Below, piece after piece: positions 51,172 to 62,857 of a stretch of DNA of 64,000 bases. Under the pieces are notes generated by a model that had not been told where the DNA came from, ran no database searches, and saw only the letters and a list, made by a program, of their open reading frames with translations. Origin of the DNA: an uncultured Eubacteriales bacterium. GTDB taxonomy: Bacteria; Bacillota; Clostridia; Saccharofermentanales; UBA5734. Position 1 is the stretch's first letter. Each line of letters begins with the position of its first letter. The translations under genes and the position numbers were made by a program. The DNA is taken from positions 127,149 to 191,148 of the forward strand of contig CAILLO010000077.1 of NCBI GenBank assembly GCA_903835065.1, written 5' to 3'.

Positions 51172-51564
51172 ATGGACGACCGCCGCATCACGGACGCCGA
51201 ATGGCCGATCATGCGCCATCTCTGGGAACACCCTGAATCCACTCTCGGCGAGATCCTCGAGGGGACGACGGCCGAAAGGAACTGGCAGCGCACCACCGCG
51301 CAGACGCTGCTCAAGCGCCTCGTGGACAAGGGCTTCGTCGCCGTGGACGACGCCGCCTCCGCTTTCCGCTATTCGGCTGCAATGTCCGAGGCCGACTGCG
51401 TCCGAACCGAGATGCGTTCCTTCCTCAGGAAGGTCTACGACGGCTCGGCCAGCATGCTGGTCGCCGGGTTCCTGAAGGACAACGACCTGTCGGATGTCGA
51501 GATCGCCGAACTCCGCCGCATCCTGGATGGAAAACGGGGTGAGCGCCATGCCGACCGCGACTGA
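51172..51564 (+). CDS. BlaI/MecI/CopY family repressor
   Basis: ITDAEWPIMRHLW, WQRTTAQTLLKRLVDKG, YDGSASMLVAGF; AGGAGG RBS. Confidence 0.92.
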   Translation: MDDRRITDAEWPIMRHLWEHPESTLGEILEGTTAERNWQRTTAQTLLKRLVDKGFVAVDDAASAFRYSAAMSEADCVRTEMRSFLRKVYDGSASMLVAGFLKDNDLSDVEIAELRRILDGKRGERHADRD

Positions 51565-53770
51565 GATCCTCTTCTACACCCTCACGTGTTCGCTTGTCGC
51601 CCTGGCGGTCCTCCTGCTCAAGTCCCTGTTCCGCCACCGCCTCGGAGCCCGGGTGCATCTCCTCCTCTGGGGACTGCTCTTCCTGCGCCTGGTCGTGCCG
51701 GTACTCCCTTCTTCTCCTTTCAGCGTGTTCAACCTCGCCGCACCCGTCCAGTCGAGCATCCAGGGCATCGCGGACGACATCCTCTCGAAGCCTGTCGTCG
51801 TCCTGGCTGCAATCCCACCGACAAGGACGCCGCCCTCATCGACGCAAGCCGCCGCGACGAGTCCGACCTCGTCCGTCGTTCCTGGCGGCGTCGGCTCGAC
51901 GGATCCGAACGGTAGCGGATCAAGCTCCTACACACCGACCGGGATGACCCTCGATGCGCTCCTCCTCTGGATCTGGGCGGCCGGGGTCCTCGCCGTTCTC
52001 CTCTGGTTCATCTTCGTGTACGTCCGCCTCCGCTCCCAGCTGCGGCATGCGACCGGTCTCGCGGATGACCGGCTGGCCGCCCTGCTCGAGGAGGCAACGG
52101 GCCTCGTCGGCATCCGTCGTCGCCGCATCCGCATCGTGGAACTCGCATCCGCCCGCACGCCCTGCATCTCCGGCGTCCTGCGCCCGGTCCTCGTCCTCCC
52201 TGCCGGCGCATCGCGACTGCCCGAGGAGATCCTGCGGCAGGTCCTGGTCCACGAACTCGTCCACCTGAAGCGAGGCGATATCTGGTCCGGGTGGCTCACG
52301 CTCGCCTTTTCGGCGGTCCATTGGTTCAACCCGTTCCTCTGGTACGTCTTCCGAGCCGTCCGCCAGGACCTCGAGATCGCCTGCGACGAAAGGGTCCTCG
52401 CCCTGCTCGGCGAGGAGCGGCGCATCGAGTATGGCCTGACGCTGCTCGCCTTCGCCGCGCCGCGAGCCGGCTGGATTCCGGGTTCGACCGCCATGGCCTC
52501 CGGCTCGGGCGACCTGTCCCGTCGTATCCGCTTCCTGGCCTTCTTCCGCAAGCCCACCCGGTTGCTGGTCGTCGTCGCGGCGGTCCTGGTCCTCGCGGTC
52601 GGCGTCCTCTTCTTGACGGACGCACTGCCGAAAGGCGTGGATACTGCGAAAGCAAAGCTTTCCAAGCAGGACGTCGTGTCGCTGCTGGAGAAGGGCGGAG
52701 TCGCGCTCGATGTCCTGGTCCCGCCGACCGGGGCATCCACGATCGAAATCGGGGGACTCGTCGGAGATTTCTTCACAGTCCGGGGTCTCGAACAATCCAC
52801 GGTCCATCTCTTCGTCTGCGAGTCGCCAGCGCAGCGAGACCAGGTAGCCCAAGCCTGGAATGACTTCGCTACACTTGCGGATTTCGTCTATCGCATGGAG
52901 GTCTTCAAGGGCAAGAACATCCTCGTGATCTTCGGTACGAACGACGATTCGAAGCCCTGGTATGAACTCGTCGCGAAGGCATTGGCAACGGCCGGCATCT
53001 CGTCCCCGAACTACCCCGCCATGACCGACCCGACGTTGACCCGTTTCACGGCGTGGGATGTCGAGAGCCTGTTCTCGCAGGGTCCGATGCCCATCTCCGC
53101 TCTGCCGGAGAGCACGAGCGGCGCCCAGTCGTTCGCTGGAGTCCAGGGCCGTCTGTTCGGGTTCAAGGACCATCCCGACGCCCTGGTCCAGGTCTTCGTC
53201 GGCGACTCCCCTGTCCAACGCGATGCGGTCGTCCAGGCCTGGCAAGACTTCGAGCCGATCGGGTCGTATATCGTCCCGCGCGTCGCCTTCGAAGGCAAGA
53301 ACGTCTTCCTCGTGATATCGGACTTGAGTGCGGATCCGGAATCGTCGACCTGGTTCGGCACGCTCGACGCCGTCCTATCACCCGCCGGAATCGTCAGAAT
53401 CATTCCCTTGCTCACGCAGGAAGATATCGAAGTCACGTTCCGGGACATCGGCGAGACCCTCGGGCCGCTGGCCCTTCCAACGCCTCCGGTCAATGGCGGG
53501 GTCGCCGCATCGACCTACTCCATTCAGGGCAGTCCAGACTCCTATGTCGAACTGTATGTCTGTGACTCCGCGGAACAACGCGTGGAAGTGCGGGAGGACT
53601 TCTTCACGGCGCCATCGGATTTCATTCTGTCGAGCGCATACCAGGAAGTCTACGAGGGCGACAACGTCCTGGTCGTCCTGCGCCTGCAGGATGCGACCTC
53701 GTCCTTGTACCCGAAGGCCGCTGTGGCGCTGAAGACTATCGGCATCGCGAGGATCTATCCGAAGTCCTGA
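51548..53770 (+). CDS. BlaR1/MecR1-type M56 metallopeptidase sensor with three tandem extracellular repeats
   Basis: LWGLLFLRLVVP, HELVHLKRGD, HWFNP, EIACDE; C-terminus has three repeats of about 115 aa and is not a recognisable penicillin-binding domain. Confidence 0.88.
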   Translation: MPTATEILFYTLTCSLVALAVLLLKSLFRHRLGARVHLLLWGLLFLRLVVPVLPSSPFSVFNLAAPVQSSIQGIADDILSKPVVVLAAIPPTRTPPSSTQAAATSPTSSVVPGGVGSTDPNGSGSSSYTPTGMTLDALLLWIWAAGVLAVLLWFIFVYVRLRSQLRHATGLADDRLAALLEEATGLVGIRRRRIRIVELASARTPCISGVLRPVLVLPAGASRLPEEILRQVLVHELVHLKRGDIWSGWLTLAFSAVHWFNPFLWYVFRAVRQDLEIACDERVLALLGEERRIEYGLTLLAFAAPRAGWIPGSTAMASGSGDLSRRIRFLAFFRKPTRLLVVVAAVLVLAVGVLFLTDALPKGVDTAKAKLSKQDVVSLLEKGGVALDVLVPPTGASTIEIGGLVGDFFTVRGLEQSTVHLFVCESPAQRDQVAQAWNDFATLADFVYRMEVFKGKNILVIFGTNDDSKPWYELVAKALATAGISSPNYPAMTDPTLTRFTAWDVESLFSQGPMPISALPESTSGAQSFAGVQGRLFGFKDHPDALVQVFVGDSPVQRDAVVQAWQDFEPIGSYIVPRVAFEGKNVFLVISDLSADPESSTWFGTLDAVLSPAGIVRIIPLLTQEDIEVTFRDIGETLGPLALPTPPVNGGVAASTYSIQGSPDSYVELYVCDSAEQRVEVREDFFTAPSDFILSSAYQEVYEGDNVLVVLRLQDATSSLYPKAAVALKTIGIARIYPKS

Positions 53771-53792
53771 ACCGCCATGCTATAATCCGCCC

Positions 53793-54524
53793 ATGAGACT
53801 CGACAAGACCCTGTCCGACTCCGGCTACGGCACGAGGAGCGAAGTGCGCGCCCTCGTCCGGGCGGGGCGCGTCCGCGTGGACGGCGCCGTCGTGCGCGAT
53901 CCGGGCTTCCTGCTGCACGAGGGCGTGGACGGCCGCCTCGCCGTCGATGGCACGGCGACCCGCGTGCGCCGGCACCTGCACCTGATGCTGCACAAGCCTG
54001 AAGGCTTTCTGACGGCGCTCGAGGATGCGCGCCAACCCACGGTCGCCGACCTGATCCCTCCGAACCTGCGCACGCGCGGGCTCGCGCCGGTCGGCCGCCT
54101 CGACCTCGACACGACGGGGCTGCTCCTGCTCACGAACGACGGGACGTTGGGGCACCGCCTCGCGAACCCGAAATGGCACGTCGACAAGGTCTACCACGCC
54201 TGGACCGAGGGCGGCGATCCGTTCGACGCCCGCGACGCCGCCGCCTTCGCGGAGGGGCTGACGCTCGGAGACGGCACGCCGTGCCAGCCCGCGGCGCTCG
54301 AGATCCTCGGTCCCGCCGAGGCGCGTCTCACGCTGCACGAAGGAAAGTACCACCAGGTCAAGCGCATGATGGGGTCGACGGGGCGCACCGTCGTGCGGCT
54401 GCACCGCGAGTCGGTCGGTCCGGTCCGCCTCGACCCGGCGCTCGCGCCCGGCGAATCCCGCGAGCTGACGGACGAAGAAGCGGCCCTGCTGTACAGGGCC
54501 GCCTCGCTGGAAATGCCGGAATAG
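53793..54524 (+). CDS. rsuA: 16S rRNA pseudouridine synthase (RsuA family)
   Basis: MRLDK S4 domain, PVGRLDLDTTGLLLLTNDG, EGKYHQVKRM. Confidence 0.9.
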   Translation: MRLDKTLSDSGYGTRSEVRALVRAGRVRVDGAVVRDPGFLLHEGVDGRLAVDGTATRVRRHLHLMLHKPEGFLTALEDARQPTVADLIPPNLRTRGLAPVGRLDLDTTGLLLLTNDGTLGHRLANPKWHVDKVYHAWTEGGDPFDARDAAAFAEGLTLGDGTPCQPAALEILGPAEARLTLHEGKYHQVKRMMGSTGRTVVRLHRESVGPVRLDPALAPGESRELTDEEAALLYRAASLEMPE

Positions 54525-54568
54525 TCGTCGCGATGGCCCGCTTCGGCGGACCGCGCATCGTCATTTTC

Positions 54569-55495
54569 CTACCCTGCGCTCGTCGGCGCCGCCGTCGTGG
54601 CGGGCGTGGGGGAGGCCGTGGGAATCGGCGTCACGAGGAGCTTCAGGGAGTCCGTGTCCGCAAGGAACGTCCGGATAAAGGTCTGGGAAGCCTCGAGATG
54701 CTTGGTGCGGACGCTGATGGCCATGATGCACTTCGTGCCGTAGATCCCGAGCGCCTGGTCCGTGCCGAGGCCCGTCACGTCGAGGCCGTAGACGTGTGGC
54801 TGGCCGTCCCCGCCGTTGTCCGTCGTGAGCGTGTACTTGACCGGCACGACCTTGTCCATCACCGAAGCGGGAAGGTCCGCCTGGAGCTTCGCATAGAAGT
54901 CGTCGAGCTCGAGGAAAGCGCCCTGCGGGGCGAATCGGTCGGTCTCGACCTCGTCCAGGACCACGATGTCCTCGTCGCCGACCGCGATCAGCACGAACGC
55001 CTTCTGGGTGCTCGCCGCGTCGTCGGTGCCGGTCCCCGCGCGCGTGACATAGGCGCTGTTGGGTTCGAGGTTCTTGACGTCCGGCAGCGCCACCTTGACG
55101 AAGTCCTGCAGGCGCGGGCTTTCGTCCAGGACGATCTCGCCGAGGACGAAAACCTTGAAGTCGGCCGGGACGTTGGTGATGATCGAATAGGCGATGGAGC
55201 CGACGGCCACGACGATCGCGGCGATCGCGAGATACTTCATCCGCCCGTATTCCCACAGGTGCTTCCACTGCTTGACCGTCCTGCCGAGCACCACCTTCGC
55301 GTCGCGGGGGTTCGGCGGCTCCGGTTCGTAGGTGCGCCCGGTCAGGAAGTTGTAGGCTTCGGCGACCTTGGCGAGAGCGGTCGGGTCGTTGGAACTCTTG
55401 TACCGCTTGACGAGAATCATGTAGCGGTGCTCGATCTCCTGCTCGGTCGCCGCCGTACCGAGCCCCAGGACTTCCATCGCTTCGTTGCGTTCCAT
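54569..55495 (-). CDS. Membrane protein with a degenerate N-terminal J-like domain and an extracellular domain
   Basis: AMEVLGL...EQEIEHRY..LVKRY...VAEAYNFL with no HPD; TM at KYLAIAAIVVAVGSIAYSII; GAFLELDD. Confidence 0.6.
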   Translation of the reverse strand: MERNEAMEVLGLGTAATEQEIEHRYMILVKRYKSSNDPTALAKVAEAYNFLTGRTYEPEPPNPRDAKVVLGRTVKQWKHLWEYGRMKYLAIAAIVVAVGSIAYSIITNVPADFKVFVLGEIVLDESPRLQDFVKVALPDVKNLEPNSAYVTRAGTGTDDAASTQKAFVLIAVGDEDIVVLDEVETDRFAPQGAFLELDDFYAKLQADLPASVMDKVVPVKYTLTTDNGGDGQPHVYGLDVTGLGTDQALGIYGTKCIMAISVRTKHLEASQTFIRTFLADTDSLKLLVTPIPTASPTPATTAAPTSAG

Positions 55496-55514
55496 GTCCT
55501 TCTCCTCCGGGGAG

Positions 55515-57080
<1,566 letters not shown>

Positions 57081-57123
57081 GTCGCGTCGTCCTCCATCGG
57101 TTCTTCCGCCGTGTTCCGGTTCA

Positions 57124-57150
57124 AGAAAGGCACCGTCGCGGACGGTGCCT
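57124..57150 (-). terminator. Terminator-like hairpin between greA and lysS
   Basis: AGGCACCGTC-CGC-GACGGTGCCT-TTCTT on the minus strand. Confidence 0.6.
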
Positions 57151-57190
57151 CCTGGATCGAGGGGGTCCGTCCCCTTTTCCGGAGCGACGG

Positions 57191-57682
57191 CTATTCGCCG
57201 CGCTCGGGGCGCGCGATCTTGATCACCTTGTACTTGATCGTGCCGCTCGGGGCGTGGACCTCGACGACCTGGCCCTTCTTCTTGCCGATGATCGCGGCGC
57301 CCACGGGGGAGTCGCTCGAGATCTTGTTCGAGAAGATATCCTCTTCCTTCGCGGAGACGAGCATGTACTCGGCCTCCTCGCCGCTGGACTCCTCGCGGAT
57401 CTTGACCATCGCGCCGATCGTGACCTTCTGGACGCTGATATCCTCGTCGTCGATCACCTTGGCGTGCTTGAGGATCCCCTCGATCTCGGAAATCCGGGCT
57501 TCGTTCTCCGCCTGGGCGGTCTTGGCGTCGTCGTACTCGGAATTCTCGGAGATATCGCCGAAGGAGAGCGCCTGCTTGATCCGGTCGGCGATCTCGTTGC
57601 GGCCTTCGCCCTTGCGGCGGTCGAGCTCGTCCTCGAGCTTTCGGATGCCCTCGTAGGTCATCTCGTAGATCTTGTGGTCCAT
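57191..57682 (-). CDS. greA: Transcription elongation factor GreA
   Basis: GDISENSEYDDAK, ISSDSPVGAAIIG; extended -10 TGGTATAAT at 57732-57740. Confidence 0.95.
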   Translation of the reverse strand: MDHKIYEMTYEGIRKLEDELDRRKGEGRNEIADRIKQALSFGDISENSEYDDAKTAQAENEARISEIEGILKHAKVIDDEDISVQKVTIGAMVKIREESSGEEAEYMLVSAKEEDIFSNKISSDSPVGAAIIGKKKGQVVEVHAPSGTIKYKVIKIARPERGE

Positions 57683-57772
57683 GTCGTTCCGGCTCCTTTC
57701 GGTGCGTGGGTCCGTCGTTTTCGGAATTTAGATTATACCACAGCGGCGGGCCTGCGAGGCGCGTCGGACGCC

Positions 57773-59281
57773 CTACGAGCGCCGTTCGCTGTCCTTGAGG
57801 ATCACGTCGTGCGCGCCGCCCTCGACGATGCTCGTCGAGGAGACGACGACCAGGCGCGCCCGCTCACGGAATTCGGCGAGGTCGCCCGCGCCGCAACTGG
57901 TCAGGGTGGCACGCACCTTGGCCATCGTGGCGTCCAGGTTGTCCTTGAGCTTGCCGGCGTACGACACGTAGGAGTCGACGCCTTCCTCGAAGGCCATCTT
58001 GCCGCCCTCGCCGCCGTCGTCGTAGCGCTGCCAGTTGCGCGCGCGGTTGGAGCCCTCGCCCCAGTACTCCTTGACGTACGAGCCGTTCACGAGCAGCTTC
58101 CTCGTCGGACTCTCGTCGAAGCGGGCGAAATAGCGGCCGAGCATCATGAAATCCGCGCCCATGGCGAGTGCGAGGGTCATGTGGTAGTCGTGGACGATGC
58201 CGCCGTCGGAGCAGATCGGCACATAGATCCCGGTCTTCTGGAAATGGGCGTCGCGGGCGGCGGCCACTTCGAGGACGGCGGAGGCCTGGCCGCGGCCGAT
58301 GCCCTTCTGCTCGCGCGTGATGCAGATCGAGCCGCCGCCGATGCCGACCTTGACGAAGTCGGCGCCCGCGTCGACGAGGTACTGGAAGCCCTCGGCGTCG
58401 ACGACGTTGCCGGCGCCGATCTTCACGGTGTCGCCGTAGCGGGAGCGGATCCACGACAGGGTCTCCCGCTGCCACTCGCTGAACCCGTCGGAGGAGTCGA
58501 TGCAGAGGACGTCGGCGCCTGCGCCGATCAGGGCGGGCACGCGCTCGGTGTAGTCGCGGGTGTTGATGCCGGCGCCGGTGATCAGGCGCTTGTCGGCGTC
58601 GAGCAGTTCTTCGGGGTTCTCCTTGTGCTCGTCGTAGTCCTTGCGGAAGACCATCCCGACGAGGTGGCGGTCCTGGGTGATGATCGGGAGCTGGTTGATC
58701 TTGTGGTCCCAGATCAGGTCGTTGGCCTCGGACAGGCCGATGCCCTCGTAGGCGAAGACCAGGTGGTCGAACGACGTCATGAAGGTGCGGACCTTCGTGT
58801 CCGTCGGCGTGCGGCTGGCGCGGTAGTCGCGGCTGGTCACGATGCCGAGCAGGATGCCGCCCGGCGTGCCGTCGTCGGTGATTGCGATCGTGGAGTGCCC
58901 GGTGCGCTGCTTGAGGGCGACGACGTCGGCCAGCGTGTGCTCCGGCGTGAGGTTCGAGTCGCTCGACACGAAGCCCGCCTTGTAGCGTTTGACGCGGGAG
59001 ACCATACCGGCCTGGCGGTCGATCGGCTGCGAAGCGTACAGGAAGGAGATGCCGCCCGAGCGGGCGAGGGCGATGGCCATCCCGTCGTCGGAGACGGACT
59101 GCATGATCGCGGAGGCGACGGGGAGGTTGATCGTCAGCGGGGACTCCTCGCGGCCCTTGCGGTACTTCGCGACCGCGGCGCGCAGGTCGACGCGGTCGGG
59201 GGAACTGGTCTTCGGAGTCAGGTTCGGCAACAGCAGGTATTCGCTGAAGGTGCGCGAAGTGCCGTCGAGGATCGTCGCCAT
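57773..59281 (-). CDS. guaB: IMP dehydrogenase
   Basis: SAIMQSV, CBS pair, [33 protein letters not shown]. Confidence 0.93.
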   Translation of the reverse strand: MATILDGTSRTFSEYLLLPNLTPKTSSPDRVDLRAAVAKYRKGREESPLTINLPVASAIMQSVSDDGMAIALARSGGISFLYASQPIDRQAGMVSRVKRYKAGFVSSDSNLTPEHTLADVVALKQRTGHSTIAITDDGTPGGILLGIVTSRDYRASRTPTDTKVRTFMTSFDHLVFAYEGIGLSEANDLIWDHKINQLPIITQDRHLVGMVFRKDYDEHKENPEELLDADKRLITGAGINTRDYTERVPALIGAGADVLCIDSSDGFSEWQRETLSWIRSRYGDTVKIGAGNVVDAEGFQYLVDAGADFVKVGIGGGSICITREQKGIGRGQASAVLEVAAARDAHFQKTGIYVPICSDGGIVHDYHMTLALAMGADFMMLGRYFARFDESPTRKLLVNGSYVKEYWGEGSNRARNWQRYDDGGEGGKMAFEEGVDSYVSYAGKLKDNLDATMAKVRATLTSCGAGDLAEFRERARLVVVSSTSIVEGGAHDVILKDSERRS

Positions 59282-59283
59282 GT

Positions 59284-60918
59284 TCAATCCACCTGCCTTC
59301 TCCGGTCGGAACCGGGGCTGCGCGTGCGCTCGGACGCCGCGCGGACGAAGTCGAGGAACAGCGGGTGCGGGCGGAACGGCCGCGAGCGGAACTCGGGGTG
59401 GTAGATCGTGCCGACGTACCAGGGGTGCCCGGCGAGTTCGACGGCGTCGACGAGGCCGTCGAAGCCGGAGGGGCCGGAGACGATCAGGCCGCAGGCCTCG
59501 AGACGGTCGCGGCAGGCTTCCGCGAGCTCCCAGCGGTGATGGTGGCGCTCGCCGACTTCAGTCGCACCGTAGGCGGCGGCCAGGCGCGTGCCGGGCAAGA
59601 CGCGGGTCGTCCAGGCGCCTCGGCGCATCGGTTTTTCGCCCTCGGGGCGGGCCGGCGCGTCGGGCAGCACGAACACGGGCGTGCACGCCGCCTCGGATTC
59701 GGTCGAATGGGCGTCCGGCAGACCGGCGAGTCCGCGGGCGATTTCGACGACCGCCATCTGCATGCCGAGTCCGATGCCGAAGAACGGCACCTGCTTTTCG
59801 CGGGCGTAGCGGGCGGCGGAGATCATGCCCTCCATCCCGCGAGGGCCGAAGCCGCCGGGGACGAGGATTCCGTCGACATCGTCGAGCAGACTCGCGGCCG
59901 GCAACCGTTCGAGGTCCTCGGCGGCGACGCGCACGAGCTCGACCTTGAGCCCGAGGCGCACGCCGGCGTGCTCGAAGGCCTCCGTGACGCTCAGATAGGC
60001 GTCGTACAGGTTCGTGTACTTCCCGACCAGCGCGACGCGGACGGTGCGGACCGCGGCGCGGCGGCGTTCGGAGTAGGTCTGCCAGGCCTCGAGGTCCGGC
60101 TCGACGATCTGGGCGATGCCCAGCCGATTGCACAGCGCGCGGCCCAGACCTTCCGCCTCGAGCGCCATCGGGACGTCGTAGAGGGAGTCCTGGTCGAGGT
60201 TCTGGAAGACGCACTCGGCCTCGACGTTGCAGTAGAGGGCGAGTTTGGCCTTGACGGACGCGTCGATCGGCGCCTCGGTGCGGCAGACCAGGATGTCGGG
60301 CTGGATGCCGAGCGACAGCAGGGTGTGCACGCTGTGCTGGGTCGGCTTGGTCTTGATCTCCCCGGCCATCCGAAGGTAGGGGATCAGGCTGACGTGGACG
60401 AACGCCACGTTCTCCCGGCCGAGCTCGAAACTCACCTGCCGGATCGCCTCCAGGTAGGAGAGGCTCTCCATGTCGCCGACCGTGCCGCCGACCTCGGTGA
60501 TCACGATGTCGCATTCGCCCTCGTCCGCCGTGCGGAAGACGAACTCGCGGATCTCGTTGACGACGTGCGGGACGACCTGGACGGTCGTGCCCATGAACCC
60601 GCCGCGGCGCTCCTTCTTGATCAGGGACCAGTAGATGCGGCCGGCGGAGATGCTGTTTCGGTGGTCGAGGTCGACGCCCGTGAATCGCTCGTAGTGGCCG
60701 ATGTCGATGTCGGTCTCGGCACCGTCCTCGGTCACGAAGATCTCGCCATGAGAGACGGGGCTCATCAGCCCCGAGTCGACGTTGATATAGGGGTCGAGCT
60801 TCTGGTTCAGGACGCGCAGCCCGCGCGCCTTGAGCAGGGCTCCGATCGAAGCCGCCGTGACGCCCTTCCCGACTCCGGAAACGACTCCACCCGTGACGAA
60901 GATGAACTTCGGCGACAT
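59284..60918 (-). CDS. pyrG: CTP synthase homologue with Gly in place of the glutaminase catalytic Cys
   Basis: [49 protein letters not shown]; nucleophile elbow reads GIGLGMQ. Confidence 0.88.
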   Translation of the reverse strand: MSPKFIFVTGGVVSGVGKGVTAASIGALLKARGLRVLNQKLDPYINVDSGLMSPVSHGEIFVTEDGAETDIDIGHYERFTGVDLDHRNSISAGRIYWSLIKKERRGGFMGTTVQVVPHVVNEIREFVFRTADEGECDIVITEVGGTVGDMESLSYLEAIRQVSFELGRENVAFVHVSLIPYLRMAGEIKTKPTQHSVHTLLSLGIQPDILVCRTEAPIDASVKAKLALYCNVEAECVFQNLDQDSLYDVPMALEAEGLGRALCNRLGIAQIVEPDLEAWQTYSERRRAAVRTVRVALVGKYTNLYDAYLSVTEAFEHAGVRLGLKVELVRVAAEDLERLPAASLLDDVDGILVPGGFGPRGMEGMISAARYAREKQVPFFGIGLGMQMAVVEIARGLAGLPDAHSTESEAACTPVFVLPDAPARPEGEKPMRRGAWTTRVLPGTRLAAAYGATEVGERHHHRWELAEACRDRLEACGLIVSGPSGFDGLVDAVELAGHPWYVGTIYHPEFRSRPFRPHPLFLDFVRAASERTRSPGSDRRRQVD

Positions 60919-61011
60919 GCGAACCTCCCTTGGATGCTTGGTTTTCATAGTATTCTAGGATTCACCGGGATCGATGTCAACCGAGGCGTCGGGTGTCCCG
61001 GTCCCGACGGG

Positions 61012-61554
61012 TCATCCGAAGAGGCGGACGAGGACCGCGACCAGCAGGGGAACGCCGACCAGCAGGACCAGCAGGACCATCCAGAAATTCGTGTCCTTCT
61101 TCTCCCCGGGCCTCGTCTCGTCGGCATACACGGAACTCTCGTCGACGGTCACGAGGCCGTCGTCCTCATCCCCGAGCCCGTCGTCCTCGTCCTCGTCGTC
61201 GGCTTCGTCGTCGGCTTCGTCGTCGGCATCGTCGGCCTCCTCGAAGTCGCCGGTCTCGAGCAGATTCCGCGCGGCCGCCTCGGACAGCGGACGCGCCGCC
61301 AGCAGTTTCGTCGCCGTTTCGAGGTCGGACTCGGCGACGTCGATCTCGATGCCGAACTTGTTCGAACCGAGCACGACGCTCATGTAGGCGCCGACGCCCA
61401 CGTTGCGGCTGCGGGACGGGATCCCGCAGGACTCGAGCATCGACCGGATCACACCGGCCTCGAACTCGTCGCCCGCTGTGGCGAGGAAGACGGGCTTCTC
61501 CAGGTCTTGCTGCTTCGGGAGCCCGAAGGAGCGGCGGTCGTTCTCGTCGGACAT
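61012..61554 (-). CDS. DUF2007-like (putative signal-transducing) protein with an acidic linker and C-terminal TM
   Basis: DEFEAGVIRSMLESCGIP...IEIDVAESDLETATKLL; GGAGG RBS. Confidence 0.65.
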   Translation of the reverse strand: MSDENDRRSFGLPKQQDLEKPVFLATAGDEFEAGVIRSMLESCGIPSRSRNVGVGAYMSVVLGSNKFGIEIDVAESDLETATKLLAARPLSEAAARNLLETGDFEEADDADDEADDEADDEDEDDGLGDEDDGLVTVDESSVYADETRPGEKKDTNFWMVLLVLLVGVPLLVAVLVRLFG

Positions 61555-61556
61555 GG

Positions 61557-62021
61557 TCATGCCTCCGGGGAGCGCGTCGCGCCCCCTGCGTGACGGAACG
61601 TCACGTCGAGCCGCGCGTTCGTGGGTTCGCGGCTGTTCAGTTCCACGGAATAGCCCAGGTGCACTTCTCCGCCGCGGTCGGACAGGCCGGCCCGGACGGC
61701 GTTGGTGTAGATGTCGACGTCGAGGACGCCGTACGGGAGCTCCATGCGCGTCACGTGCCGCCGTCCCTCGACGAAGGTCACCCGCATGTGGGTGGAGCCG
61801 GTGCGAATCAGCGAGACCGTGCCCGGGTCGTCCACGCGGATCGTCGTGGTCGTCCCCTCGAGACCGGTCGCCTCGGATTCCTTGTAGCGGAGGAACCAGG
61901 CGTCGTCCTTGCGGTACAGGATCCCTTCCGTCACGAGTTCCATCGTGTCGGAGGTGGCGGTCCCTTCCCACTGCGAACCACGGATCGTGAGGATCACGGG
62001 CGTACCGTCGTTCATCGGCAT
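61557..62021 (-). CDS. DUF1934 (YwiB-like) beta-barrel protein
   Basis: ELVTEGILY, YKESEATGLEGTTTTI, LIRTG, PYG; follows murI. Confidence 0.8.
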   Translation of the reverse strand: MPMNDGTPVILTIRGSQWEGTATSDTMELVTEGILYRKDDAWFLRYKESEATGLEGTTTTIRVDDPGTVSLIRTGSTHMRVTFVEGRRHVTRMELPYGVLDVDIYTNAVRAGLSDRGGEVHLGYSVELNSREPTNARLDVTFRHAGGATRSPEA

Positions 62022-62857
62022 CAGAACCTCTCGATCTCCACCTTGTGCGCCTCGGCGATCTCCTTGCGCAGGAACGCGCCGCCGAGCTGACGGAATCGCT
62101 CCGCGCTGTCGCTGGTGTAGAAGACATGCCGGGCGGTGTGGCCTTCGACACGCGGGGGCTCGCCGAGACCGGCCAGCGCCAGGCGGGACCGGGTGGCGCG
62201 CGCGACTTCGGTCGCCGAGTCGATCAGCGCGACGGACGGCCCCATCGCCTCGGAGATGACCTTCTTGAGCAGCGGATAGTGCGTGCAGCCGAGCACGAGC
62301 GTGTCGATGCCGGCCTTGCGCAGGGGCGCGAGGTACTCGACGGCGACGCGGCGGGCGATGTCGTTCTCCCACCAGCCCTCTTCGGCGAGGCCGACGAACA
62401 GCGGACAGGCCTGCTGGTGGATCACGACGCCGAGCGGTGTCAGCGTCTCGACGGCGCGCAGGTACACGCCGCTGTCGACCGTCGCCTGGGTGCCGATGAT
62501 GCCGATGCGGCCGTTGCGCGTCGCCTGCGCCGCCGCCATCGCGCCCGGGCCGATCACTTCGAGGACGGGGATGCCGGCCTCCGCGCGGATTTCGTCGAAG
62601 GCATGGGCGCTGGCCGTGTTGCAGGCGATCACGAGCGCCTTGATGCGGTGCTCGAGCAGGAAGCGCATGTCCTGCAGGGCGAACTTGACGATCGTGTCGT
62701 GGGACTTCGTGCCGTAGGGGGCTCGGCCGCTGTCGCCGAAATAGACGGTGTCCTCGTCGGGCAGCTGTCGCTCGATCTCCTGGAGAACGGTGAGGCCGCC
62801 CAGGCCGGAGTCGAAGATACCGATCGGGGCGCGGGACGACGCGTCGTCGGGGGTCAC
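62021..62857 (-). CDS. murI: Glutamate racemase
   Basis: FDSGLGGLTV, PYG, ACNTAS, LGCTHYP. Confidence 0.96.
   Translation of the reverse strand: MTPDDASSRAPIGIFDSGLGGLTVLQEIERQLPDEDTVYFGDSGRAPYGTKSHDTIVKFALQDMRFLLEHRIKALVIACNTASAHAFDEIRAEAGIPVLEVIGPGAMAAAQATRNGRIGIIGTQATVDSGVYLRAVETLTPLGVVIHQQACPLFVGLAEEGWWENDIARRVAVEYLAPLRKAGIDTLVLGCTHYPLLKKVISEAMGPSVALIDSATEVARATRSRLALAGLGEPPRVEGHTARHVFYTSDSAERFRQLGGAFLRKEIAEAHKVEIERF

Noticed and set aside
51172-53770. Beta-lactam resistance locus or mobile element
   Set aside because: No beta-lactamase/PBP2a, no recognisable penicillin-binding sensor domain, and no integrase, transposase or flanking direct repeats.
61160-61245. Tandem GTCGTCGGC(T/A)TC-like repeats
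   Set aside because: They encode an acidic DEADDEADDE linker inside the DUF2007-like gene; not CRISPR or an independent repeat element.
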